A DNA stretch of 64,000 bases from Dehalococcoidia bacterium. Lineage in GTDB: Bacteria; Chloroflexota; Dehalococcoidia; Dehalococcoidales; Fen-1064. The translations under genes and the position numbers were made by a program. Location: assembly GCA_011171075.1 (NCBI GenBank), contig DUFD01000045.1, positions 4,835-68,834 of the forward strand, given 5' to 3'. This document shows positions 9,121 through 20,039 of this stretch, in pieces (the first letter of the stretch is position 1; the number at the start of each line of letters is the position of its first letter). The notes under the pieces are model-generated. The model was not told the DNA's origin and searched no databases. It saw nothing but the letters and a program-made list of their open reading frames with translations.

Positions 9121-11736
9121 TTATATCAGGTCTTTGACCAGTCGCAGGCCCTCTTCCAGCTTACTCTTGTCCTTACCGCCCGCCTGGGCAAGCGTAGCCT
9201 TACCGCCGCCACCGCCGCCGGTCACCTGTGCGACCTGTTTCACGATGTCCCCGGCATTGTAACCACGCTCCACCAGGTCAGGCGTGACCGCCGCCAGGAA
9301 AAACGGCCTGTCGCCATGGACGGTCCCCAGCACCACAATTACGCTCTTCAGTTTGTCCCGCAGGAAGTCGCTCATCTCACGCAGTACCTGCTGCGGGAAA
9401 GGTCGCACGGCTGTGGTCAGTACCTTCACCCCTTTGATTTCCTCTACTTTATCAAGCAGGCGTTCGGCCACCATCCGCGATAGTTCCCGCTCCAGGGCCA
9501 GCGTCTGCTTCTGCCCGGCATTCAACTCGGAGACCACTCCAGATACCTTTTCCTCAACATCATCTGTAGAAGAGCCGATTGATTGGGCAATCCTCTCAAG
9601 TCCTGCGAAACGCTGCTCTACCAGCTTCTCGGCGCCCCTTCCGGTGACGGCCTCAATCCGACGCATCCCGGAACCGATACTGCTCTCACCGGTAATCAGG
9701 AAAAGGCCAATCTCACCGGTGGCAGTCACGTGCGTGCCGCCGCACAGCTCGGCACTGACCGTTGGCTCACCGCTCTTCACCACGCGGACAGTGTCCCCGT
9801 ACTTCTCATCGAAAAGGGCAATCGCCCCCTGAGCAATCGCCTCGCGGTAGGCCATGTCCTCGGCACAGACAGGCAGGTTCTGTCGGATATGCTCATTTAC
9901 GATTTCCTGCACCTGCTGTATCTCCTCCGGCATCATGCCTGTCAGATACGAGAAATCGAAGCGGAGTCGCTCCGGGGCCACCAGCGAGCCCCGCTGCTGC
10001 ACCTCGTTACCGAGTACCTGGCGCAGGGCTGCCTGCAATAAATGCGTGGCGGTATGGTTACGGGCGATGTCGAGTCGGCGCTCTTTATCTACTGTAGCGG
10101 TAACTACATCGCCTACCGATATGATTCCTGTTTTTACCTCGCCTACATGCACCATAATAGTGCCAGAGATGCTACCTGTTATAGGCATCCGAATCGTACC
10201 AGTAACTTGGAACAGGCCTGCTGGTCCGTGAATCTCACCTGTATCCCCAACTTGCCCACCCATTTCCCCGTAGAATGGTGTTTCATCAAGGAATATATCA
10301 GCTGTCTCTCCATTGCTAACTGAGTTAACAGTCTGATCTCCAGCAAGGATAGCCACCACTCGTGTCTCCATTGTGAGGCATTCGTACCCAACAAAATGGC
10401 TTATTACTGTTGTAGTCCTCTCCTGTATATTCTCGAATCTCTGGGCTTCCTTGGCCCGCTGCCGCTGTGCCTCCATCTCCCACTCGAAACCTTCCATGTC
10501 CACGGAAAAGCCTTTTTCAGCGGCGACCTCTTTCGTAAGCTCCACCGGCAGGCCGTAGGTATCGTACAGGCGGAAGGCATCAAAGCCAGTAATCTCCCCC
10601 ATCCGATCAGTTTCACGTTCATCCATTATCTCCGCCAGCACTTCTAACCCAGACCTGAGCGTCTCGCTGAACCTGGCCTCCTCAAGCTCGATAACGCGTG
10701 TAACGAAGTCCTCCCTCTCCTTCAGTTCTGGATAGACATGCCCCATTTTCTCCACGGTAGCCCGGGCAATCTCGGCAAGGAACGGCTTATCAAGCCCCAG
10801 CCTCAGTCCAAACAGCGTCGCCCTCCGAAGCAGACGCCGCAGTACGTAGCCCCGCCCTTCGTTACTCGGCATGACACCATCAGTAATGAGAAAGGTAATT
10901 CCACGACCGTGCTCCACGATGACCCGCATGGCATGGTCTGTCTCCTCATCAATCCCGTATTCCTTACCGCTCAGTTCGGCGATACGCTTAATCAGCGGAG
11001 CAAAGAGGTCTGTTTCGTATACCGTCGCCTTGCCCTGTAAAACTACGGCCATCCTCTCTATTCCCATACCGGTATCAATGCTTGGTTTGGGTAACAGGGT
11101 ACGGTTTCCTTGCTTATCCTGGTCATACTGCATGAAAACCAGAGTTCCAATTTCGTTGAAACGACCACAGGCGCAATTTGGTGCGCAGGAAGACTTTCCA
11201 CAACCATACTCTTCGCCGGAATCATAAAAAATTTCGGTATCTGGTCCGCAAGGCCCTGAGTCGCCGGCCGGCCCCCAGAAGTTATCTTCTTCACCAAATC
11301 TCAATATTCTTTCCTCAGGAAGTCCTGTCTCTCGCCAGTATTTGAAAGCCTCATCGTCATCGAGAAAAATACTCGCCCAGAGTCGTTCTGGGTCTATACG
11401 CAGGTGTTCTGTGGCAAACTCCCACGCCCAAGCAATCGCTTCCTTCTTGAAGTAATCGCCCACGCTGAAATTACCCAGCATCTCGAAGAACGTAAGGTGT
11501 GTCGAATCACCTACCGACTCAATGTCAGTGGCCCGGAAACATTTCTGGCACGATGCCAGTCGGCTGCTGGGAGGCACAGCTTCACCCAGGAAGTAAGGTT
11601 TCATCTGCACCATACCGGCGCTGGTAAGCAGCAGGGTCGGGTCGCCGTGTGGTATCAGCGAAGAACCTGGGACAACCTTATGCCCTTTTTCCTCGAAATA
11701 TTTCAGAAATGCCGTACGTATTTCATCGCTATTCAA
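9121..11736 (-). CDS. alaS: alanine--tRNA ligase
   Basis: 871 aa. Class II core, editing-domain 'HTATHLL' and 'CGGTHV', and C-terminal DHHA1-like 'GGGGGGKATLAQAGG'. Confidence 0.97.
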   Translation of the reverse strand: MNSDEIRTAFLKYFEEKGHKVVPGSSLIPHGDPTLLLTSAGMVQMKPYFLGEAVPPSSRLASCQKCFRATDIESVGDSTHLTFFEMLGNFSVGDYFKKEAIAWAWEFATEHLRIDPERLWASIFLDDDEAFKYWRETGLPEERILRFGEEDNFWGPAGDSGPCGPDTEIFYDSGEEYGCGKSSCAPNCACGRFNEIGTLVFMQYDQDKQGNRTLLPKPSIDTGMGIERMAVVLQGKATVYETDLFAPLIKRIAELSGKEYGIDEETDHAMRVIVEHGRGITFLITDGVMPSNEGRGYVLRRLLRRATLFGLRLGLDKPFLAEIARATVEKMGHVYPELKEREDFVTRVIELEEARFSETLRSGLEVLAEIMDERETDRMGEITGFDAFRLYDTYGLPVELTKEVAAEKGFSVDMEGFEWEMEAQRQRAKEAQRFENIQERTTTVISHFVGYECLTMETRVVAILAGDQTVNSVSNGETADIFLDETPFYGEMGGQVGDTGEIHGPAGLFQVTGTIRMPITGSISGTIMVHVGEVKTGIISVGDVVTATVDKERRLDIARNHTATHLLQAALRQVLGNEVQQRGSLVAPERLRFDFSYLTGMMPEEIQQVQEIVNEHIRQNLPVCAEDMAYREAIAQGAIALFDEKYGDTVRVVKSGEPTVSAELCGGTHVTATGEIGLFLITGESSIGSGMRRIEAVTGRGAEKLVEQRFAGLERIAQSIGSSTDDVEEKVSGVVSELNAGQKQTLALERELSRMVAERLLDKVEEIKGVKVLTTAVRPFPQQVLREMSDFLRDKLKSVIVVLGTVHGDRPFFLAAVTPDLVERGYNAGDIVKQVAQVTGGGGGGKATLAQAGGKDKSKLEEGLRLVKDLI

Positions 11737-11879
11737 ATAATTACTCCGGATTTTTTATGGGGCCAATTATGTCTGATTTTAGTGCACCAGCTATCACCTG
11801 TCAACGAGACTGACGTAACTGCCATTCGGCAACACACAAATTGACAACCTTCTCCTGTGTCACTTAAACTGTTTCTGGT

Positions 11880-13256
11880 ATGGCAGGCATCGAGGCAATC
11901 AGCCACCAGCTGGCGGAAGCAATCAAAGGGCAGGACGCCGACTATGTTGAGGCCCGGCTAACCGAGGGCGAGAGCAGCAGCATTACCTATCGCGGTAGAA
12001 AGCTGGAGTCCATCGGGCGAAACACCGCCACCGGTGGCAACGTACGCGCCCTGGTGAAGGGCGGGTGGGGTTTCGTCTGCTTTAACGACTTCGATAACCT
12101 TCCGGAGAAGGTCTCCCTGGCGGTCAATCAAGCTCGTTTTGTCGGCAAGGAAACGAGCCAGCTTGCCCCGATAGAACCTGCCGTTGAAATCGTCCCCTCA
12201 ACAATCGGTGAAGACCCCAAAGCCGTACCGCTTGCCGAGAAGAAACAGCTTCTCGATGAGTACAATGACATCATCTGTGGTTATCCAAAGATACAGACCT
12301 CCATGGTCAGCTACAGTGACAGTCATAGAAAGACCATCTTCCTGAACTCGGCAGGGAGCCGGATTGAGCAGGAACGTAGGGATACCGCCCTGAGACTGGC
12401 AGCCATCGCCGCCAGCAACGGTGAGGTACAGCAGGCAGGAATTAGCCTGGGTGGTCTAAACGATTTCGGTGCCGTCCGTGGTCTGCACTCGCAGGCCGAA
12501 CAACTGGCCAAACGGGCAGTCGACCTGCTCTCTGCACCCCAGGTCAAAGGCGGAGAGTATACCGTGGTGCTCGACCCGATACTGGCCGGTGTCTTCACCC
12601 ACGAGGCCTTCGGGCACCTGTCCGAGGCCGACTTCGTCTACGAAAACGACAGCCTTCGCGAGATAATGACACTCGGCAAGACGTTCGGAGAAGCCCATCT
12701 CAACATCGTGGATACGGCGACGCTGCCCGGACTGCGCGGCAGCTACAAGTACGACGACGAAGGTGTCCCCGCCACCAAGAACTACCTGATTCGGGAAGGT
12801 AAGCTGGTAGGCCGGTTGCACTCTCGCGAGACAGCCGCCAAGATGAATGAGAAACCTACCGGCAACGCCCGTGCTATCAACTATCGCCACCCACCGATAG
12901 TGCGCATGACTAATACCTATATCGAGCCGAGCACTACTTCATTCGGGGATATGATAGGCGATATTAAAGAAGGGGTCTATGCGAAAAACTGGTACGGAGG
13001 CGTCACCAGCATGGAAATGTTCACCTTCTCCGCAGGCGAAGCCTATATGATACGCAACGGTAAGATTGCCGAGCTGCTGCGGCCGGTAGTACTCACCGGC
13101 AATGTCTTCAATACCCTGGTTCATATCGACGCCATCGGTAATGACCTCGATATGAACCAGGGAGGCGGCTGTGGTAAGGGGGGTCAGTCCCCGCTGCCCT
13201 GCAGCAACGGTAGCCCCCACATTAGGATTAGCACCTGTCTGATTGGAGGCAGGTAG
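11880..13256 (+). CDS. tldD: TldD-family metalloprotease
   Basis: 458 aa with the 'HEAFGH' metal-binding motif. Directly abuts its PmbA-like partner (TAG then ATG). Confidence 0.9.
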   Translation: MAGIEAISHQLAEAIKGQDADYVEARLTEGESSSITYRGRKLESIGRNTATGGNVRALVKGGWGFVCFNDFDNLPEKVSLAVNQARFVGKETSQLAPIEPAVEIVPSTIGEDPKAVPLAEKKQLLDEYNDIICGYPKIQTSMVSYSDSHRKTIFLNSAGSRIEQERRDTALRLAAIAASNGEVQQAGISLGGLNDFGAVRGLHSQAEQLAKRAVDLLSAPQVKGGEYTVVLDPILAGVFTHEAFGHLSEADFVYENDSLREIMTLGKTFGEAHLNIVDTATLPGLRGSYKYDDEGVPATKNYLIREGKLVGRLHSRETAAKMNEKPTGNARAINYRHPPIVRMTNTYIEPSTTSFGDMIGDIKEGVYAKNWYGGVTSMEMFTFSAGEAYMIRNGKIAELLRPVVLTGNVFNTLVHIDAIGNDLDMNQGGGCGKGGQSPLPCSNGSPHIRISTCLIGGR

Positions 13257-14558
13257 ATGGAGGAAATCCTTGCCCGTGCCAGTAAAGCCGCCGAGGAAGC
13301 CGAGGTCTTTCTGGTCACCTCGGAGGAGACGCCGGTAGAGTTTGAAACCAACCGTCTCAAGCACATCCAGAGCAAACAGAACAGCACCGTGGCGCTCCGC
13401 ATAATCAAAAACGGCAGGATTGGCTACGCCACTTCCACACGATTAGATGACATCGAAGAACTGATTAGTAATGCCCTGGCCACCGCCGAGTTCGGCACCG
13501 AGGCACGATTCACGCTTCCACCGCTGACACCTTACCCGGAAATTAAGATTTTCAACCCTGATATCGAGAAGGTTACTCTTGAGCAGATGGCGGAACTCGG
13601 CCAGGGCATGATTGATATACTGACACGGCACACACCAGAGCTTATCTGCGAGGCCAGAGTAATCCGTACCGTCACCGATGTCACTATCATAAATTCCCAT
13701 GGTGGACAGGCCGACTACAAGCAGAGCGTTTTCATTGCAGCTATTGAGGGGCAGCTAATTCGGGATACGGACATGCTCTTTGTGGGCGAACACCAGAGTT
13801 CCTGCCACCCGCTCTTGGAAATCGATGATATTACCCGTAGAGTGCTCCAGCAGCTTGAGTGGGCCCGGGAGAATGCTCCAGTATCCACCAAATCAATGCC
13901 AGTCGTGTTTACGCCTCACGGAATAGTCAGCGCCTTCGCCGGTCCATTGATAGCCGCCTTCAACGGCAAAACCGTCCTCGAAGGGGCTTCACCCATCGGC
14001 AAAAAGCAGGGGCAACTGGTCTTTGATAAAAGGCTGTCACTAAGGGACGACCCGACGATAGACTACCGACCCGGCAGCAGCCCCTGCGATGATGAGGCTG
14101 TCCCCAGTGAGGTCACCCCTCTGATTGCCGAAGGGAAGGTCAGCAACTTCCTCTATGACCTGCAGACCGCCGCCCTGGCCAACACGCGGAGCACCGGCAA
14201 CGGCCACAGGAACCAGGGGGGACAGCCCAGTCCGGCGCCCGGTGCCTTTGTGGTCACCCCGGGCGATACCAGTTTCGACGACATGGTACGTGACATCAAG
14301 GAGGGACTGGTGGTAGAACAGCTGATGGGGGCCACTCAGGGGAACGTCCTCGGTGGCGACTTCAGCGGTAACGTCCTGTTGGGGTACAAGGTGGAAGGCG
14401 GCAAAATCATCGGGCGGGTTAAAGACACTATGGTCTCCGGTAATATCTACCAGCTCCTCAAGCATGTAGCTGCCATCGGCAGCGACACCAGATGGATAGG
14501 CGGCTTCCTCAGCACCCCCTCCATATACTGTTCGTCAGTATCTGTGGCAAGCAGGTAG
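13257..14558 (+). CDS. pmbA: PmbA/TldE-family protease partner
   Basis: 433 aa TldD/PmbA-fold paralogue without the HExxxH motif, immediately downstream of tldD. Confidence 0.85.
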   Translation: MEEILARASKAAEEAEVFLVTSEETPVEFETNRLKHIQSKQNSTVALRIIKNGRIGYATSTRLDDIEELISNALATAEFGTEARFTLPPLTPYPEIKIFNPDIEKVTLEQMAELGQGMIDILTRHTPELICEARVIRTVTDVTIINSHGGQADYKQSVFIAAIEGQLIRDTDMLFVGEHQSSCHPLLEIDDITRRVLQQLEWARENAPVSTKSMPVVFTPHGIVSAFAGPLIAAFNGKTVLEGASPIGKKQGQLVFDKRLSLRDDPTIDYRPGSSPCDDEAVPSEVTPLIAEGKVSNFLYDLQTAALANTRSTGNGHRNQGGQPSPAPGAFVVTPGDTSFDDMVRDIKEGLVVEQLMGATQGNVLGGDFSGNVLLGYKVEGGKIIGRVKDTMVSGNIYQLLKHVAAIGSDTRWIGGFLSTPSIYCSSVSVASR

Positions 14559-14654
14559 GTCAACATCAACACTCATATACAGTATGTTCTCTTGACCGCC
14601 TCAGGCCGACGTTGTACCATTTAGGTAGAACTCTCTGTAGAGGCGTCTGCTGCA

Positions 14655-15476
14655 ATGAGTAATCTTGCCAGAATCAAGGCCCGGCCAAAGCTCGAATCGC
14701 CGGTTATGCTGGCTGCCTGGCCCGGTGTCGGCAATGTTTCGATGGTTCTGGCCAATTACCTTCTTAACAAGCTGGATTTCAAGGAGCTGGGCGAGATAAA
14801 TGCCCCCTACTTTTTTGACCCGATTGGTGTCATTGCCCGTAACAATGTCGTGGAAGCCCCGCAGTTTCCACAAAGCAAGTTCTACTATCGCAAGGCCACA
14901 AGTGAGACGGAACGAGACCTGATACTCTTCATCGGCGATGACCAGCCGTCTTCTAAAGTCTACGAACTGGCAAACACCGTCCTCGATGTCGGCGTTGCTT
15001 TTCAGGTCGAAAGGGTAATCACCTGTGCCGCTGCCCTGACACGTATCCATTTCACGGAGCAGCCCAGGGTCTGGGGGGTAGCCACCAATCAATCGATAAC
15101 CTCAGAGTTACAGGAGTGTGGCCTTATAGATCGGGGCAACATCCAGATTGCCGGACTGAACGGCCTGCTACTCGGGGCAGCTAAAGAGAGAGACATAAAC
15201 GGTATTTGCCTCCTGGGTGAGGTGCCCGCACACGCCTCACGAATCGAGAACCCGATGGCTGCTCTCGCGATTATAGAAGTCCTCGCCGGAATACTTGGTA
15301 TCGAGGTGGATGTTGCCGAGCTTTCCGAGACCGCCAGTGAAACAAGAGAGCAGATTAAACAGGCAACCTCTATCGCCATGGGAGAGTACATTGAGCATTT
15401 CACCCAGCCCATCTGGCAACAGGGTGGAAATGGCGAAGAGAACGACTACGATGAAGATGACGACGAGGAGGACTAG
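14655..15476 (+). CDS. PAC2 (proteasome-assembly-chaperone-2-like) family protein
   Basis: 273 aa. 'PVMLAAWPGVGNVS' N-terminal region and an acidic C-terminal tail ('NDYDEDDDEED'), as in the bacterial/archaeal PAC2 family. Confidence 0.65.
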   Translation: MSNLARIKARPKLESPVMLAAWPGVGNVSMVLANYLLNKLDFKELGEINAPYFFDPIGVIARNNVVEAPQFPQSKFYYRKATSETERDLILFIGDDQPSSKVYELANTVLDVGVAFQVERVITCAAALTRIHFTEQPRVWGVATNQSITSELQECGLIDRGNIQIAGLNGLLLGAAKERDINGICLLGEVPAHASRIENPMAALAIIEVLAGILGIEVDVAELSETASETREQIKQATSIAMGEYIEHFTQPIWQQGGNGEENDYDEDDDEED

Positions 15477-15504
15477 GCAAAGCTCACGGTCAGGGAATGA
15501 TTAA

Positions 15505-16416
15505 ATGTCTATCGAAGAGCTTCTGACCAGGCTTTCTAACAGCGACCTGTTAGATTCCGACCTTTCCGAACTATCAGGACTCGATACCGAACAACTGGCG
15601 CTATTCGAGCAGGCCTGGGGGAAAATTGAAACGGAACAGCGGTGCCGGATAGTCAGCCAACTCGTGAAGCTGGCCGATGAAAATGTCGGACTTAACTTCA
15701 ACGTCATCTTCAAGAAATGTCTTACAGACCCTGATGCCGAGGTCAGAAGACAGGCCATCGAAGGGCTGTGGGAATGCGAGGAGTCCTCACTGGTACCACC
15801 ACTTATTGATTTGTTCGAGAATGACAGCTCGGAGATGGTCCAGACCGAGGCAGCCGCTGCTCTGGGCAGGTTCGCCATGCTCGCCGAACATGGCAAGCTG
15901 CATGAAACCACGACAACCAGCCTTGGTCTGGCCTTGCTCTCCATAATTAGTGACGAAAATAAGCCAGTAAATATCAGATGCTGCGCCCTCGAGGCAGTCG
16001 CCCCGTTAAGTCTCCCCGGAGTTAGCAACGCCATCAGCGAAAATTATCAATGTGCCGATGACCAGCTCAACCTCAGCTCTATTTGTGCCATGGGCATAAG
16101 CTGTGACCCTTCCTGGCTGCCGACCCTGCTCGAGGAGTTGACCAACCCAGATGCCGAGAGACGCCGTGTTGCGGCCTCCGCACTTGGCGAACTGGAAGAG
16201 GAAGACGCCGTACCACAGCTAGCCGAGCTCGTTTATGACGATGACATCGACGTCCAGATAGCCGCCATCCGGGCACTGGGGGAGATAGGCGGCGCCGAAG
16301 CCAGGGAGTGCCTGGAGCTATGCCTTGACGACGATGAAGAAACCATACGCCTTGCCGCCGAGCAAGCCCTTGATTCGGTGGGTGGTAAAGAAGACCTGCA
16401 ATCTTTCAGTACCTAG
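15505..16416 (+). CDS. HEAT-repeat (PBS-lyase-like) protein
   Basis: 303 aa with repeated 'D.D..VR..A..ALG' units (e.g. 'DPDAEVRRQAIEGLW', 'NPDAERRRVAASALGEL', 'DDDIDVQIAAIRALGEIG'). Confidence 0.7.
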   Translation: MSIEELLTRLSNSDLLDSDLSELSGLDTEQLALFEQAWGKIETEQRCRIVSQLVKLADENVGLNFNVIFKKCLTDPDAEVRRQAIEGLWECEESSLVPPLIDLFENDSSEMVQTEAAAALGRFAMLAEHGKLHETTTTSLGLALLSIISDENKPVNIRCCALEAVAPLSLPGVSNAISENYQCADDQLNLSSICAMGISCDPSWLPTLLEELTNPDAERRRVAASALGELEEEDAVPQLAELVYDDDIDVQIAAIRALGEIGGAEARECLELCLDDDEETIRLAAEQALDSVGGKEDLQSFST

Positions 16417-16431
16417 AAATCCTTTATTGAT

Positions 16432-16971
16432 ATGACAAACGATAGCAAGATAAGACTGCGTAATAAACGGCTCTCCGATGCCAGGAATGACTACGAATGG
16501 CATAGGGACTACGAGCTGGCCGGTTTGGATGCGACCACACCGATATCCTGCTCCTTTCAGGAATATCTGACGGACTATACCGATGAAATCCAGTACCCCT
16601 CCCCCTACCGCTACCCTTTCTCCGTGGAGACTCTGGACGGCAAACACATCGGTAACTGTGTCTATTACAACGTAGACGAGGGAAGGGGCGAAGCCGAGCT
16701 TGGTATCATGATTGGTGACCGCGAGTACTGGAATAAAGGCTACGGTACGGATGCCGTATCCGCCCTCATAAACCATATATTCCGCCGGACAGCACTGGAC
16801 CGCATTTACCTGAAAACCCTTGTTTCAAATACCCGAGCGCACAGGTGCTTCATGAAATGCAACATGAAGCCCTGCGGTTATCTGCAGAGGGACGGATACG
16901 AGTTCCTGCTTATGGAAATCTATCGCAATGAGTGGAAGCAGCAGTCGGAAGGATCACACGCACCGAAATAG
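16432..16971 (+). CDS. GNAT-family N-acetyltransferase (RimJ/RimL-like)
   Basis: 179 aa. 'WNKGYGTDAVSALINHIF' acetyl-CoA-binding region. Confidence 0.75.
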   Translation: MTNDSKIRLRNKRLSDARNDYEWHRDYELAGLDATTPISCSFQEYLTDYTDEIQYPSPYRYPFSVETLDGKHIGNCVYYNVDEGRGEAELGIMIGDREYWNKGYGTDAVSALINHIFRRTALDRIYLKTLVSNTRAHRCFMKCNMKPCGYLQRDGYEFLLMEIYRNEWKQQSEGSHAPK

Positions 16972-16989
16972 ACACACACTAACCGGACA

Positions 16990-18399
16990 TTAAGCTTGGC
17001 GATATTTATAGTAGTCCAGAGCGTTTCTTAATGCCACGGCACCCCGTTCCAGGCTGGTAAACGCCGGGATTCCTTTATCCTGAAGCTCTTTTACGATTGT
17101 CCGTGCATCCGCGATAACACGCGGCAGCATGGTCAGCTGGAGGCATACCATCACCGGTTTTGAAGTCCTATTACGCATCTCGGCAATTGCTTTTATATCG
17201 CTATCACGCTGATCATCCATACCCGGCGGGCCGGCACCACTGGCATTCATCAGCATCACGATGTTATCCGTATTGCTATCATGCTCAATAATCTCAATGA
17301 TACGCTTCATCTGAGCGCGGTTTGGATTTCCGGTATCTATCGGGTTCCGATAACTTCCACCAATCACGGTGAAGAACTCCTCAAATTTATCGAAGGACTC
17401 CTGGCTGAGCGAAGGCACCTCCAGTCCTGTTTCGGTAAAGGCATCGGTAATCGCTACCGACTGTCCACCCGAACCACCCGCTAAAACTACCCGGTCTCCA
17501 TAGACTGGCTTCAAATAGAAAAGGGCCTTCAGAGTATCAATCAGCTCATCCATCCCCAGAACCGGAATGGCGCCACCCTGCTTCATTGCTGAAGTCCAGA
17601 TGGTCTGGGAGACCGCCAATGAGCCTGTATGCGAGGCAACCGCCCGACTACCACCTTCCGTACGCCCCCCTTTCCAGACAACCACGGGCTTCTTGCTAGA
17701 GACCTCCCGGAGCACCTCGAGGAGTCGCCTTCCATCCCTGACACCCTCTAAGTACATACCAATCACCTTGATAGTGTCGTCACGACCAAAATAATCGAGG
17801 TATTCAGCCGAGTCGAGCACGGTCCCGTTGCCAAAGCTGACCGACTTGCTGATATCCATCCCCTGAAGGTGGGCTTCAAGACTGAAATTGATAGCGTGGG
17901 TACCACTCTGTGAAATAAAGCCTATTGGCCCGGTTGTTCCCACATACTGCCCCATGTTCTGTCTCAAACCAACTGCCGGATTGAATATTCCCATGCAGTT
18001 AGGACCGATAAGATGAAAGCCGGCTTCTATCGCACGCGTGGTTAAAGCACGCTCAAGGTCAATACCATCCTCGGTGTCGGTCTCGGCGAATCCTGCGGTG
18101 AAGAAATGGGCAGCGGCTACGTCTTTTTTAATGCAGTCCTCCAGTATCTGGAGGGCATACTTCCGGCCAACGGTGACTATCGCCAGGTCCACCGGCTCAG
18201 GAATATCCAGCAGGCTGGTGTAGTTCTCCACGCCCATCTCTTCAATTTGCGCGATGGTTTTTGGGTTTACCTGCACGGAATAGCGTTTGCCATTGAAATT
18301 CTCACTGGAACGAAGCCACTGGAAGAATCCCGAATCCCCCACCACAGCCAGCACCTTGGGATTGAAAGCCCTCTCCAGCTTGGACAAATCTGCTTTCAA
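16990..18399 (-). CDS. CoA-binding / ADP-forming acyl-CoA synthetase alpha-like protein
   Basis: 469 aa. N-terminal CoA-binding Rossmann ('VLAVVGDSG'), 'GPNCMGI', and a succinyl-CoA-synthetase-like flavodoxin domain. Confidence 0.75.
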   Translation of the reverse strand: MKADLSKLERAFNPKVLAVVGDSGFFQWLRSSENFNGKRYSVQVNPKTIAQIEEMGVENYTSLLDIPEPVDLAIVTVGRKYALQILEDCIKKDVAAAHFFTAGFAETDTEDGIDLERALTTRAIEAGFHLIGPNCMGIFNPAVGLRQNMGQYVGTTGPIGFISQSGTHAINFSLEAHLQGMDISKSVSFGNGTVLDSAEYLDYFGRDDTIKVIGMYLEGVRDGRRLLEVLREVSSKKPVVVWKGGRTEGGSRAVASHTGSLAVSQTIWTSAMKQGGAIPVLGMDELIDTLKALFYLKPVYGDRVVLAGGSGGQSVAITDAFTETGLEVPSLSQESFDKFEEFFTVIGGSYRNPIDTGNPNRAQMKRIIEIIEHDSNTDNIVMLMNASGAGPPGMDDQRDSDIKAIAEMRNRTSKPVMVCLQLTMLPRVIADARTIVKELQDKGIPAFTSLERGAVALRNALDYYKYRQA

Positions 18400-18610
18400 T
18401 TCATCACCTCTGAGTATTCACGCTTGTAGTCCGCTCGTTATGAGCTGGCAGATTACTCTATTCTATCTCAGGAAGGCCGACACGACAACCCAGATGACAT
18501 ATTATGTAAATATATCGCACCATTGCTGTAATGGGAAAACAACCGGTCAGCTACATCGAGAAAGATGGCGGCCTTTCTCATTCTGTAGCCGAACCACTAC
18601 CTGAAAAAAA

Positions 18611-19966
18611 TCAATCAGAAGAGGGTAAGTCGCAATCGACACAGAGCATCTCTACAGGGAGACCAACAGCCTCAGCCAGTTCTTCAATTGTAGGGTGTTC
18701 TGCGCTGTCAACGCCCAGAAAGGCAGCCCTCTCCTTGAAATCAGGAATCCTGGCAGCCAGAAGCTCACCCTTTTTAATGGTTTTACCCCAGGGACAATAA
18801 GATAGGGAGTCTGGATTAGAAACCCTTAGATGAACCTGAGTAAAACCCAGGTTCCTGATCTTCGGTATAGTGGTTCGTTGAGTCTGAGTCCCTCGCCTGA
18901 TGGAATCATCACAAACCACTAATACTTTCCCACTGTAATCTTCACCGCTGACGAGTTGTTTGGTGTGAGCGTAAGTCTCTCTCTTTTCCTGGGTTAACTG
19001 CAGGTAGCTCCTACCGGCATATGGATATTTAATCAGAACCTCATCATATACAGGAGCTTTCTCTACCTTCCCCTCATTCTTCTGTCGGACAAACTCCTGA
19101 GCATAACCTATCGCACAGAACCTGCCAGAATCAGGAATCGGAGTAACTATGTCTGGAATGAATCCCCGCTCAATGTCTCTACGAGCCAGAATAGCTCCCA
19201 GCCTCTTTCTGACCGCGGTGACCGGGATATTCCGAAAGACTGCTCCCGGGAAATTGGTATAGACCCATACGAAAGAGCAAATCTGAGTCCTGGCAGTTGG
19301 CATCTTTTCTATCGTTTCCAGGCCCCCGTTCTTCAATAATACAATCTCGCCTGGTTCTACATCACGAAGAGGTGTGAAGCCGCAGTTATGAAAACCGCTC
19401 GGGTCTGTAGTAACGGCTACTGCCCCCTTCTTTTCTCCGATAACCAGCGGCCAGTGACCCGTGGGACAACAAGCTGCGTAAATACCTTCATGAGTTAAAA
19501 CCAGGAGCGCATAAGCTCCCAGTATCTCTTTCGTCATTCTTTTTATGCCATCAACCAGTCCTTCTCCCTGAGAAATTAATTTCACAATTATCTCAATACA
19601 CTTCCCTTCCCAGGCAAAGGAATGGCCAGCTGCTTTATATGCACTTACCAAATCCTCTCGATTGATGAGATTGCCGGAAAAACAAGCCGCGAACTCACCC
19701 AGTTTAGAATCAGCCAGGACTGGTTCTCTAGTATCGCCACAATAACCTATTCCTTCTGTACCCTCGAGGCCAGCTAGGTCTTCACTGAAGGTTGGCCTAA
19801 AGAGTCCCCGGTGTGTGCGTATTTTGATACTTTCTCCAGCATAGGAAGCCAGTCCGGCATATTCTTCACCAAGGTGTTGCTGGTAAAATGTCTCCCAAAA
19901 AAGGTCCTGCAAGAAGTCGCCATCGTATTCTTTCGGCTCTATACTTAATCCGAAAAGTCCTGGCAT
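18611..19966 (-). CDS. amidophosphoribosyltransferase-like protein lacking the Ntn cysteine
   Basis: 451 aa. Starts 'MPGLFGL', which aligns with the 'CGVFGV' of PurF. Retains the PRPP loop 'VLVVCDDSIRRGTQT' and a C-terminal 'CVDC'. Confidence 0.7.
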   Translation of the reverse strand: MPGLFGLSIEPKEYDGDFLQDLFWETFYQQHLGEEYAGLASYAGESIKIRTHRGLFRPTFSEDLAGLEGTEGIGYCGDTREPVLADSKLGEFAACFSGNLINREDLVSAYKAAGHSFAWEGKCIEIIVKLISQGEGLVDGIKRMTKEILGAYALLVLTHEGIYAACCPTGHWPLVIGEKKGAVAVTTDPSGFHNCGFTPLRDVEPGEIVLLKNGGLETIEKMPTARTQICSFVWVYTNFPGAVFRNIPVTAVRKRLGAILARRDIERGFIPDIVTPIPDSGRFCAIGYAQEFVRQKNEGKVEKAPVYDEVLIKYPYAGRSYLQLTQEKRETYAHTKQLVSGEDYSGKVLVVCDDSIRRGTQTQRTTIPKIRNLGFTQVHLRVSNPDSLSYCPWGKTIKKGELLAARIPDFKERAAFLGVDSAEHPTIEELAEAVGLPVEMLCVDCDLPSSD

Positions 19967-20039
19967 TTTCTCCCCCTCTCGGTTTATGTGCTGCCAGCTC
20001 TACAAGTTTGACCTTCGCTTAAAGCATAACATAATATGC

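Noticed and set aside
9284-11844. Numerous plus-strand ORFs (100-180 aa) opposite alaS
   Set aside because: They are antisense to a clearly intact 871-aa alaS, with the Ser/Pro/Arg-rich composition typical of shadow ORFs. The same reasoning applies to shadow ORFs opposite glmS, tgt, tldD/pmbA, the Mo enzyme, the kinase, the ACADs and others.
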